NCBI GenBank assembly: GCA_010093605.1
Contig: MU004204.1
Coordinates: forward strand, 312,367 to 332,366
Direction of reading: 5' to 3'
DNA length: 20,000 bases
From: Lophium mytilinum
Taxonomy: Eukaryota
The translations under genes and the position numbers were made by a program. Position 1 is the stretch's first letter, and every line of letters starts with the position of its first letter. A model generated the notes under the pieces. The model was not told the origin of the DNA, searched no databases, and worked only from the letters and a program-made list of their open reading frames with translations. Of the stretch, positions 1 through 10,792 are shown piece after piece.

Positions 1-341
1 CACATATCACTCCGACCGTCCGACGTGGAGACGACATACGAAGTACCCAAACGCGACCGCTTCAACCATACTCAAAGCATCTGGACCCGAAGTAGGCTTG
101 AATGAGATTAATCGTAGAGCTATAGTACGGCGCATTTAAGAGTAACTCCGGCATTAACTCCGCAGATATGTAACATGCGCAGGGCGTGACCCCTCATCGC
201 GAATGCTGGCCGGAACTTACGTGACGCCATAGCCGTCCTGCTGTATAAGATTAACCTGCAATACCTTTCGTCGACTCAACAAGTCGAAAGACCATTTACC
301 ACCAGCAACAAAGCACCGTACGAGGGAACTCATCAGGAACA

Positions 342-1529
342 ATGGCCTCCGCCACCATTGATCGTCTGCTCGCCGAATCCAAAGCGGAGTACCGGCAATT
401 GGGCAAGTCCGGATTGCGTATCTCAGTGCCCATTCTAGGAGCTATGAGCCTGGGCGACAAGAGGACTCTGCCGTGGTCTCTCGAAGAGAAGGAAGCACTG
501 CCCATACTCAAAGCTGCGTACGATAGGGGCGTCAACACATGGGACACGGGTATGAGACTCTACCATGCATGTAGAATGTAAACTTCCACAGCTAACGCCT
601 GGCGCCAGCAAACACCTACAGTAACGGCGAAAGCGAACGAATCATTGCAAAAGCAATCGAAACCTACAAAATACCACGAGAGAAGGTCCTCATCTTGACT
701 AAGTGCTGTAGCTATGTCGGAGAACAACCTGAGCTGCGGGCTGTATATTTCCGCGAGCAATTACCAAAGTTGAAGGATTATGTTAACCATGGAGGACTAT
801 CAAGGGCGGCGATATTCAACCAGGTCAATGCTTCCCTGAAGAGGCTGAACACGGACTACATCGATCTGCTGCAAATACATCGGTACGACAAGGTCACGCC
901 AATTGAGGAGACAATGGAGGCATTGAATGATCTTGTCAGAAGTGGCAAGGTCAGGTATATTGGAGCGAGCAGCATGTGGGCCACAGAATTCGCGGAGATG
1001 CAGTTCGCAGCAGAGAAGCACGGCTGGACGAAGTTTGTGTCTATGCAAAACCAGTATAGCCTGCTATATCGGGAAGAAGAAAGAGAAATGAATAGGTTCT
1101 GCAATAAGACAGGAGTTGGCTTGATTCCTGTAAGTATTTTTGGTATATTCCTCTCTTTCTCAATCACTGACAAGCCTCACACAGTGGGCACCCCTTTGCC
1201 GCGGCCACCTCGCTCGTCCAGCATCCCAATATGGCACCACCGATCGTTCCGCGGGAGAGCAGAAACAGTCTTTCTTTACGTCTGGAACATTGGACGCTGA
1301 TAAAAAGATCATACAACGCGTGGAAGAGCTGGCGGAGAAGCGTGGTTGGAAAATGAGCGAGGTTGCCTTGGCTTGGATCAATAAGAGGGTCTCATCGCCG
1401 ATCATTGGATTTAGCACTGTTGAAAGGATAGATGAAGCTCTTGGAGCACGAGACAAGACTTTGACGAATGAGGAGGAGAAGTATCTTGAGGAGCTCTACC
1501 AACCTCGTGCGATAGAGGGGCATTTCTGA
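342..1529 (+). CDS. Aldo-keto reductase (aryl-alcohol dehydrogenase/Kv-beta-like AKR). 3 exons: 342-549, 609-1129, 1185-1529; ~357 aa
   Basis: Spliced translation gives [13 protein letters not shown]..., [13 protein letters not shown] (catalytic D/Y), ILTKC (catalytic K), [42 protein letters not shown] and WAPLCRG. Introns 550-608 (GTATGA..GCTAAC..CAG) and 1130-1184 (GTAAGT..CTGAC..CAG) keep the frame. Confidence 0.93.
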
Positions 1530-1811
1530 GGTGGAGTGGAGGGAGAAAGTACGCACATATATCACTCTACTAAAGCTGTAGGAAACTGCACCTTCGTTGT
1601 CCTGTAACCTCAGCATCCACCGCCGCCACCATAGATGGTGTCACCTAAGCAACAAGCATCGTAGCAAAAGAGATACAAAATTAAGCAAATTAGAAGGCTC
1701 GTGCACATCTCGTCACTTAAAATCAAAGCACAGCCCAAGGAAAAACCTCTCATCTCATCTATAATCTTACCTCGTGGAATGACTTAGTCCGCTCCGTTAG
1801 CAGCCTCGAGG

Positions 1812-2567
1812 CTACGTACTTCGAGCATCCGGATCCAGGTGCCTACACCGCCAATACCCACAGTAGCAATACTGACCCCCCTGGAAGTACCACGGGCCGT
1901 AATCCACCGTAAGCTGCTCTCCAACCTTCACCGCCCTATTGCCCTTCATCATAATCGCAGTTACTCTCGTCCTCCCCACTCGACCCGTGACAAAACGTGC
2001 CTTCGCGTTGCAAGAGTGGTTCACAAACCGTGCGAAGGACCCTTCATGTGTCGCATCGATAGACCCACATGGCTTCGAGGATATCGATGGACCCAGTGGC
2101 ACTTGAACATGATACCCGACTTCGCTCGTATCGTAAAGATGCCCAGGAGGGTTCAAGACGCCAGTGTACTCACCAATCACCGTACGCGGCCCGATCCTCT
2201 TCTTCGCAAATACACCGACGCCCATACCTTCGACCTCTTTCAGCTCAAAGAGCTTCTCCCACTGTGCTTCCTTGGCACGGAAGGCTTCGAGGCTGCATTT
2301 GCAGCTGTTAGGCTTGGGGGTTTCGTCGCCGCACAAGAGACACATGCCTTCTGTAGTCGTTAGCAGGGTATCTAAGGACGGTTTCCAGGTTTTTGGGCCA
2401 TTCCAGCCTTTTGGGCGGTTGGTGGGCCACTCGGATGGGTTGAAGGTTACGGAGCCGCATTGCCTTGGGATTGTTTTTGAGCGGATATTTTTGGCGATGC
2501 GGCGTCTGCCGGATATGGAGGTGAAGCGGAAGGGCTTGGATTTTGGGGGAGCTTTGAGTCGCACCAT
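1812..2567 (-). CDS. SET-domain protein (putative lysine methyltransferase), 251 aa, intronless, with a small Cys-rich pre-SET region and a post-SET motif
   Basis: SET motifs GMGVGVFA, IGEYTG, IDATHEGSFARFVNHSC and GEQLTVDYG; post-SET CYCGYWRC; upstream CLLC-x9-CKC; ATG has A at -3 (caaaatATG). Confidence 0.9.
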   Translation of the reverse strand: MVRLKAPPKSKPFRFTSISGRRRIAKNIRSKTIPRQCGSVTFNPSEWPTNRPKGWNGPKTWKPSLDTLLTTTEGMCLLCGDETPKPNSCKCSLEAFRAKEAQWEKLFELKEVEGMGVGVFAKKRIGPRTVIGEYTGVLNPPGHLYDTSEVGYHVQVPLGPSISSKPCGSIDATHEGSFARFVNHSCNAKARFVTGRVGRTRVTAIMMKGNRAVKVGEQLTVDYGPWYFQGGQYCYCGYWRCRHLDPDARST

Positions 2568-2976
2568 ATTTTGAATGGCTGATGCTGTCGGTAACCTGGT
2601 GTCCGCTGAGGTCTGTAAGTGCTTTCGTATGTTTCTTATTAGGAATCGAGATCTTCAATGTTGATGGAGAACGGGGTGCTGCGAAGAACGGGGCACAAAA
2701 TGGCGGGTAGACAAAAGAACAAAGACTCGGCTGACAATGAGATGCAGCGTGGCTAGCACCTCTGATAATTGGTCTTTGTGACTTTGTTGCGGACATAGGC
2801 TCTACCCATCAGAGTCTTTGTCCCATTATGTGCAGGTAATCCCTTTCATCGTCAAGCAGATAAGATCGACTGCACGTGGCAGACCTCCGGCAACACAGAT
2901 ACTACCATACGCAGGTAAAGTTGAGGAGAACAACTCCCAAGAAGATAAACCAATCGTCGAATAATCAGCCGCAAAA

Positions 2977-4332
2977 ATGTTCAAGCGAAGCTACTTTTAC
3001 TATATAGATCAAGCAGGTAAGAGGAAAACGGCAAAAAACACCTCACCGGAAGGCCTAAGTAAAGTTATTCCTACGCGTTTCAATGGTCTCAAATTTTTCA
3101 AGAGCCGCCAGTGGGCGGAGTTCAAAAAGCCTGATAACTGGATAGACACATGGCCCCTAACAACGCTCGCAGATGTTGTCACCACTGACGGACTTAGGGA
3201 ACCATTATGCCGAAACTGTGGTAATCATTTTTCAAATATGTGCGATTGCAAAATCAATGATTTTCGGAAGAATTACGAGAAGTGGGACAAACACTATTTT
3301 CTGCAACACACGGGCGACGCGAAGGGCCTCGGGCTTTTCTGCGGAAAAAAATTCGGGAAAGATCTTAAGGGAGGAGTTCTTACTGAAGGTGACTTTGTAG
3401 GTGAGATGACGGGCATTTTGAGACCTCCCGGTTATGACTTCGGTAAGAAAGACGGATACAGCGTTCGCTTCCGGATCGGCAACTGTAGGCGCCCCAGCGT
3501 CTGGGGATACGTGGATCCATATGATACGGGCAGTTACATGAGGTTTGTCAATCACTCCTGTGATTCCAATTGCGAGTTTCAACATAGCAGGGTTGGGAAC
3601 ACCCGCATTAGTTCTGTTGTCGTAAAAAAGGGCAAAACTCTCAGGGCGGGTGACGAAATCACTACGGATTATGGCCCGGGGTATTTCGAAAACATCAAAG
3701 AATGTTATTGCGGGACATCGCAATGTCGGAAGCCACCACAGAACGACGATGATGAAGAGGATGATGACGATGAGAAGTATGATGAGGATGACGAAGACGA
3801 GGATGATAAGGATGACGAAGATGATGATGAGGATGATTGCGATGATGGCGATGATAGGGATGGCGACAGCGGAGAAGGCCCACCTCCAAGTGATGATGAA
3901 ATGGACGTAGATCAAGAGGATGGCGACCTTTCTCCACGGCAACCCAAACCAAGCTCCTACAAGGGAAAGGGTAAAGGCAGAGCTGAGCCTATACAAGAAA
4001 GTGAAGATGAAATGAACATAGATGAAGATGAAGAATCGGACAATGAGATTGGGACCAATGGTACAGGTAAGGGATACCGCGGAAAGAAAACGTACAATAT
4101 CATAAGCAGTCGGTCGGCTCTGGAAGTTTCTCGTAGTCGGAAAACGAAGATCAGTGCGAGCAGCGCCAAACCAACTTCTTACAAGCAGGTGAGCTCTCAC
4201 GCCCGACCAAACCCTGGCGACCTTAAAAGAAAAAGGCCTGCTGTAGAAGAAGAGGCTCGCTCGGACCAGAGCGAGGCCGATGAGGCTCCTCATAGGTCTA
4301 TTAAGAGGTACCGTAGAAGGGGATTCAAATAA
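2977..4332 (+). CDS. SET-domain protein (putative lysine methyltransferase), 451 aa, intronless, with a long acidic tract and a basic C-terminal tail
   Basis: KGLGLFC, VGEMTG, VDPYDTGSYMRFVNHSC and AGDEITTDYG; post-SET CYCGTSQC; upstream CRNC-x7-CDC; then a D/E-rich stretch and NLS-like KRKR and KRYRRR. Confidence 0.9.
   Translation: MFKRSYFYYIDQAGKRKTAKNTSPEGLSKVIPTRFNGLKFFKSRQWAEFKKPDNWIDTWPLTTLADVVTTDGLREPLCRNCGNHFSNMCDCKINDFRKNYEKWDKHYFLQHTGDAKGLGLFCGKKFGKDLKGGVLTEGDFVGEMTGILRPPGYDFGKKDGYSVRFRIGNCRRPSVWGYVDPYDTGSYMRFVNHSCDSNCEFQHSRVGNTRISSVVVKKGKTLRAGDEITTDYGPGYFENIKECYCGTSQCRKPPQNDDDEEDDDDEKYDEDDEDEDDKDDEDDDEDDCDDGDDRDGDSGEGPPPSDDEMDVDQEDGDLSPRQPKPSSYKGKGKGRAEPIQESEDEMNIDEDEESDNEIGTNGTGKGYRGKKTYNIISSRSALEVSRSRKTKISASSAKPTSYKQVSSHARPNPGDLKRKRPAVEEEARSDQSEADEAPHRSIKRYRRRGFK
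3745..3870 (+). repeat. Coding low-complexity (GAY/GAR)n tract encoding poly-Asp/Glu
   Basis: gacgatgatgaagaggatgatgacgat... in frame within the 451-aa SET ORF. Confidence 0.85.
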
Positions 4333-4899
4333 GACCAGAGACAAGTTGAGAGACATAAGCTCGGTAAGGTAAGTACACCAGAATACCCGGCTTAAAGCGT
4401 GCGGGAGGTGAGCATCTGCAAGAGGTAAGTCTTGGTATTGCCGAACTAGTGGTCAGAGATAAAACTCTTTCCGAAGCTGCGTATTAGTGCATTCGGTATT
4501 TATAAATACTCTGCGGTTATGTGATTTTTGAGAACAGTGGGGATCCCCGCCATGCCAAGCAGTTCGTAATGACATGCTGCGACCTCCCTAGTCGCATCAC
4601 AACCACCTGCTTCATTAAGCATATTCGCCATTATCCGACCGGCGAACACGATGATTTACTCAGACCATATGCTTGGCACTTGCCGACGTAGGATGGTGTT
4701 ATGGATACCGCCTGGGCACCGAGGTGAGACTGTCTAGGTGGGAATGGCTTGATTTGAATTCACGGTGTTGCGTTACGTGACACTAGTAGCACGTCTTCTC
4801 CTTATGTTACTCCGGAATCTTCCTTTAAATTGGCGTGCTGCGCGACCGAACTTACTGCTACGACCTTTTTCACACCTTACTCGGTGAAGTGGATGCACA

Positions 4900-7562
4900 A
4901 TGGTTAATTGGTTGTCTATCTTCGCAATTGCGTTGCTATGTGCACGCGGATGGGCCATCACTCCCGAGTAAGTCGCGTACCAAACCTTTTATCTGAAGCG
5001 AAGTCAGCCGTGGAACTTGTCACTTCTTCTGCTACCTAGAGTTGCTTCCGTTGCTGTGCTCTACTCAAATTGCACCCCGCTAACAGGTATGTACATAGGC
5101 AAATGCTCAGCGCCCCACGTCGCTCAGGAGCTGTGCCTAATCCTACTGGCGAATATGCTATATTTTCCGCAAGCTCTTATTCTTTCGAGAAACGAGCATC
5201 ATCGTCGAGCTGGAACTTACTTCATTTAAAGAATGGAAGCATTCAGACGCTCGACGCGCTCACCGAGGACGTTTCTGAGGTTGTGTGGATTTCAGGAAGC
5301 AAATCTGAAGTGATATATGTTAATGCGACTAACGAGGAGATCCCTGGGGGTGTGACCCTGTGGCTTGGTGATCTCTTCGAACCATCAAGGTACCTTTTCA
5401 TCATTTCTCCTACCCTACAATGCAGGACGTCGATTGATTGAGTATATCAGCTTCAAACTAGTGGCTTCTTTACCTGGGGCGTTCTCCGGATTGAAAGTCT
5501 CCAAGACACATTCGGGCGATCTTAAGTTCCTAATCAATGCGTTGGCTTATCCTAATGGTGGGTTTTCGTTGTCCGCTCTGGCGGAGCATGGCACTAATGG
5601 ATTCTCTAGGCACCATATACAATGCCGAGACAGCCTCAACGCCAAAAGGTACCGGCAGATTGTATTCAGACACTTTCGTCCGCCATTGGGACTTTTGGTT
5701 GACTCCTGAACGTTATGCCCTTTTCTCGGGGACTCTCAAGTCAAAAGAAAATCATGCACTATCCCAGGACGGGGTGCAAAACCGCCTTACCAACCTCAAC
5801 TATACTGTAACGCGACCTGAGACCCCTGTTCAAGTAAGGCTCCAGCTAAGCCCACCACATGTCCTCCTCCTAACCCTTCATTATAGCCTTTTGGAGATGA
5901 AGGTGATTATGATCTAAGTCCGGATGGCAAGTGGGTGGCATTCCTTTCGAAAGCTCCCGAACTAGCAAAGGCAAACTACACCGCAAGCTATATATATCTT
6001 GTTCCTTTCGATAGCCCCGAGGTGGCGCCCATAGCGATCAATGGGCCGGGGACACCAGCCCAGGGTATTGGCGCACTTGGGTAAGTTGCAACCCGCCTCG
6101 ACACTCACGGACACTAACGTTGAGAAGCGCTTCTGCGGGGCCGAGATTCTCGCCCGACAGCTCAAAGATTGCATTCTTACAGCAGGATGGTATTAGCTAC
6201 GAGTCGGATAAAAGCAAAGTCTACGTTGCAGCCGTCAGACACTCCGCGCCCTACGGTGGAGGGTGGTCAGCCATTGCCGGTGATTGGGACCGGTCCGTCG
6301 ACTCTCTTGCATGGAATCCAGATGGGAAGTCACTACTAGTTTCTGCGTCAGATCTTGGAGAGGAAAAGCTATTCACTCTTCCCATTGACGCGCCATCCGA
6401 TTACGAGCCTCGTAACTTTACCACCGCGGGCACGAACGTTGCAGACTTCCACGTCTTGCCCGATTCTAGCGTTCTGGTGTCCGGTAATAGCATTTGGTCG
6501 TCTAGAGACTTCTACATCAAGTCTGAGAAAACCACAAAGTATTTGTTCTCCGCCACCACGACAGACCCTGAGCTTGAGGGCTTGAGCTCCGATGATGTGG
6601 AGCAGTTCTACTTCATTGGCGCTTTGGGGATACCGATCCAGAGCTGGATAATCAAACCCAAGGGGTTTCAGGCCAATGCCACTTATCCTCTAGCATTCAT
6701 CGTCCATGGAGGACCTCAAGTAGGTTGTGATTCCCGTTTCTATCTCCCCTCGCTGAGCTAGACCAAAGGGTGGCCATTACAACTCCTGGAGTACACGCTA
6801 GAACTTCAAGGTGTTCGCCGATCAAGTAGGTCATATCTTCCCTGCGATTTGATTGGTTCCAAGAAATTGACTTCCTAGGGATACGTGGTTATAGCTCCCA
6901 ACCCCACAGGCAGTTCAGGATGGGGGCAGTTCCTGCAAGACTCCATCCAGAACCAGTGGGGTGGTCATCCCTACGACGATTTGGTCAAGGCCTGGGACTA
7001 CATAGAAGCTAACCTGACATATATCGACACCGACCGCGCCGTTGAACTCGGAGCAAGTTACGGAGGATACATGACAAACTGGATCCAAGGCCACGACCTC
7101 GGAAGGAAGTTCAAAGCCTTAGTCGCGCACGACGGTCTGGTAAGCACCCTCGGTGCTTATGCTACGGAGGAGCTTTGGTTCACTCAACACGAGTACAATG
7201 GCACCCTCTGGGATAATCGCGAGAATTATGAGAGATGGGATCCTGGTACGTTACCAACATCTCACTCCATGTTTGTGACCCCAACTGACTTCGCTCAAGC
7301 TGCCCACATCAAGAATTTTAGCACCCCGCAGTTTATTATTCATAGTTCGGAAGACTACCGGCTGCCGGAGACAGAAGGGATTACCATGTTCAATTATCTT
7401 CAGTCGAGAGGCGTGCCGTCCAGATTTCTCAGCTTCCCGAACGAAAATCATTGGGTCTTGAAGCCAGAGAACTCGTTGCAATGGCATGAGAATGTGCTGG
7501 GATGGATTAATCATTACTCGGGTATTGGTGGTCCTCTTAGTGATGATGCCATTGGCAGTTGA
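4900..7562 (+). CDS. dpp5: Secreted dipeptidyl peptidase V (peptidase S9), ~720 codons, with one in-frame TAG at 6799-6801. 9 exons: 4900-4967, 5099-5389, 5451-5557, 5610-5833, 5887-6080, 6128-6719, 6769-6825, 6879-7245, 7300-7562
   Basis: Signal peptide [19 protein letters not shown] followed by [13 protein letters not shown]. Motifs [58 protein letters not shown]; catalytic triad GASYGG / DYRL / NENHWV. All 8 introns are GT-AG with branch-like motifs, and the exon sum of 2163 nt is divisible by 3. Functional status is uncertain because of the stop. Confidence 0.9.
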
Positions 7563-8481
7563 TCGGCGGCACGAAGCTGGGCATGTTCTACGGCTTGTGG
7601 CGATGTGACCGCTGCATAAAACCTCCAAAAGCTTTGACCTGTAGAGGCTATAGGCTCGGCAGTCACTTCTGCATCTACATCATCTATTCGTGTAGATCTA
7701 TACATTTGAGTACGTACATTCGGCATCAGCTTCCGTCCTACGTAGCTATAGAGCATCACGTCACTCTCCTTTCTATCACGTATATGAGCTCATGTATTCA
7801 CTCCAATATAATTCCCTGTTCAAGTCAATCAATTTTACGAAATCTGGCGCTTTCGCCAGAAATCAGTATGCTGTTTGTATGCATGAGATTGAAAGTCTGC
7901 GCGAAGTATACGTACTTGGGAACAAACCTCGAAAGTAGAGAGTCTGCAGTTGGCATGGTGATTTGGCTGAAATTATCTGTTCACCCGAGAGGCGCGTCGG
8001 ACTGACCTCGTAGGAAGCATGAGGCTTGGAAAACTTGACATAGCATTTTCAGAACACGGTCTACGAAGTCTTCATGTTTCTCACGTGAACGTGCTTTAAT
8101 CTTGCTGGGGGTGGTGAAATGGACAGTTAGAGGGAACGCCAGAGAAAACGCAGGAATGAAATTCTCGCTCACTCGCTAGTCAGTAGTCACGTACCTTCTG
8201 CTTAACACACACCTGCAAACTGACCAAGTGCCACAGAGGAAGCACGGCTGGGAAGTTTTAGTACTTGCTGTTTGAATAAAGACACCAGTGTAGATAGCAT
8301 GTATGTTCACACGTAGTCAATCTTGATGCAACTTCAGGTAAGATAATGAAGTACATAGTATATATTTTGGAGGTGAGGTGAGATCAGGTATCTCTTCTAC
8401 GGAGTCTCTTGCGGAGCGCTGAACCTTGAGCAAGACTGTATTTCCGCTCACCCATGGTTCGTATCGCTATAGCTGTCACAT

Positions 8482-10792
8482 TCAGGCGGCCGATGAGACG
8501 CTCGCCCTTCGATTCTTCTTACCGAGATACGTACTATCCGGCAGCATGTTGAGTTTGTCTTCGCGCTTATCAAGCCTCTTGTTCTGGAGCCAGAACAGCA
8601 CACCACCAACAGCTGCCAGAATAGCAACGGTAGCGTAATTCCAGACAAGCAAAGGATCGTCACTCAGCGAGACAAATGCCTGGCCGATGGCGTTACTGAA
8701 CGCCGACATGAAGTGCCAGTAGCTAGTCACCAGCGAACGCATGTTTGTAGGCGCCTTGGTGAAAGCGTACTCCAGGCCGGTGATGGATGCGAAAATCTCC
8801 GAGAAGCCGATGAGGACGTAGGGCACGGTCTGCACCCAGACGTTTATGGGCGCGGCACCCTCCTCGCAAGTGTTCATGTACTTGCCGCATGGGCCGAGCT
8901 TGTAAATGTAGTGCTGGATGATGGTTGCGGAAATCATGGCGCACGAGGCTAGGCCGAAGCCCAATGCGATTCGCTTGACAGGGGTAAATTTGATACCCTT
9001 CTTGCGAAGGAAGGGGTAGAGGAAGTTGTCCACGATTGGAATGAAGATAACCAAAGAGATTCTGGCCATGGGATTAGCTTATAATGTGTCATAATATTTT
9101 GTATCTCACTTACGGGTTCAAGTTGGTGATGATGTCGTTAGGCACGCCATGGAGCTCCATGGTTGCCGCCTGAGACGTGAGGTTGTTGTTCATTTGGTTG
9201 TAAGTAAGCCCTATAGAGCTTGTTAGAATGAGAGCTTTCGAAAAGCATTACGACGACTGACAATAGAGGGGAATCCATGTGAAAACTCGGCACGCTTTCA
9301 ATCCACGGGCAACCTGGTCAACCCAAGGATCGTCAAAGGTCATCCAAGCTGGTTTTCTTTCGCCAAGATGGCTAGGCTTCACGTCATTCCAGAAGTTGGG
9401 GTCCGTAAAGTTCTTCTTGCTATAGAACGCATTGTGAGTGGCAAATCGGACAGCTAGGGAGGCGTCGACTTACAGTGTGACTGGGTTAAATGACCATTTA
9501 CCTTTCTGCGCCAGTCCCCACAATAGCCAGAAATTCTTTAGCACTGATCCCGTTGGAGGGCTTCTGGTGTACTTGTTCCGGCAAGCGTACAACACAATGG
9601 GGCAGAAGCAAAACATAATGGTTGGTAGGAGGAAGGCACACCAGAATCCAACGTATTTCTCGACATAGACCATAGATATCTGACCTGTCAAGCTGCCAAC
9701 ATTGACCATCATATCTTACACATATTAGCGGGGTTTTGTGAAGAAGGGGGAATGGATTAGGACAGATACTGAATCCTCTGGTATTGGCTGTCCTGGAGTG
9801 CCGCTTGAATCGTCTTTTGACACAATTCCAGAACAATGACACCAGAGGACTCTGGTAAGTGTATTAGGACCTTACGTACAAAAGTATAAGAAGATCCGGG
9901 CGATGGTAATGTTTGGGTCCGAGATTTGGCGTTCACCGGTCTTAGGGTCTATCACGATCTTTGGCTTGGTCTGCTTATATTGCTCCGCAATCAAGGGAGA
10001 CACGTTTGCCCTATGGTTGTGTTAGTCAAATTGTCATACAATAGTGGTTATCAAGAAAGACTCACTTGAAGGCTCCTGTGCCGAGACCAAGAAGAATGAG
10101 TCCGGGAATGAAAGCGCCGAGGGCATGACCGCTAGCGATGACAGATGGAACGGCAGAGACGACGATGACGATGTGGCCAAGGATAGCGACGGCAACGGCG
10201 ACCATAATGGTGTTGAAGCGGCCGAGATATTCATCCGCAACGTAGGCGCCGATTAATGGGGTAGTGTAAGCCCAGAACGAGTTGACTTTGAGGCGTTAAT
10301 TCTACCAAAAGCCAGGGAAGAAAGCTATAGGGGTGACTACTCACAGGTCCCGAGCCCAAATGACGCTCTTTGGCCCATATCCAAGGCTCCCGACTGGCCG
10401 TTCGCGCCACTTTTACCAGTAGTCGATCCAGGAGGCAACGGGCGCTGAATGTAATTGGTATCTTCAGTGAAACGTTAGTACTCTGCTTTGCTATGTAAGT
10501 TCACAGAGTTGTTGAATATATACTCACAAAGCACTTGACAGCCGTAATAGCCAAATCGCTCGCACATCTCCGTGAACGCGATCGTATACGCCACCCACGG
10601 AATCTTGCCAGAGACACGAGTGAGCGTCGCTAGCTCCTCTTCGGTAGGGTCTTCCCCAGAATCATCGTCCGGACGGTTCGAGTCGGCATGGCTAACGCTG
10701 AATTCCTTCTCGCTTTTGGCATACTCCGCCAGCCCTTTCGGGGTGCGGGCCATGGCCACCTCCTCGATGTTTGTGCCGGCTGCCGCAGACAT
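8482..10792 (-). CDS. ptr2: POT/PTR2-family proton-coupled di/tripeptide transporter, ~602 aa. 8 exons: 10792-10528, 10461-10345, 10285-10066, 10010-9880, 9714-9474, 9419-9262, 9210-9114, 9061-8482
   Basis: EMCERFGYYG (ExxERFxYYG motif), GAYVADEYLGRFNTI, GTGAFKANVSPLIAEQ, FYMMVNVGSL (PTR2 signature) and SEIFASITGLEYAFTKAP. Intron phases are consistent and the exon sum is 1809 nt. Confidence 0.93.

Noticed and set aside
2308..2796. 162-aa minus-strand ORF overlapping the start of the 251-aa SET gene
   Set aside because: Different frame with no domain features, and I found no convincing splice joining it to the SET ORF. It may be UTR or a uORF.
3232..4356. 374-aa minus-strand ORF with a hydrophobic Ile/Val/Phe run, plus other ORFs overlapping the SET genes
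   Set aside because: Antisense shadow of the GAT/GAC acidic tract and of the SET coding sequence; no independent motifs.
7559..8172. 148-aa and 63-aa ORFs between dpp5 and ptr2
   Set aside because: Non-ATG starts and no protein features; this is convergent 3' UTR/intergenic space.
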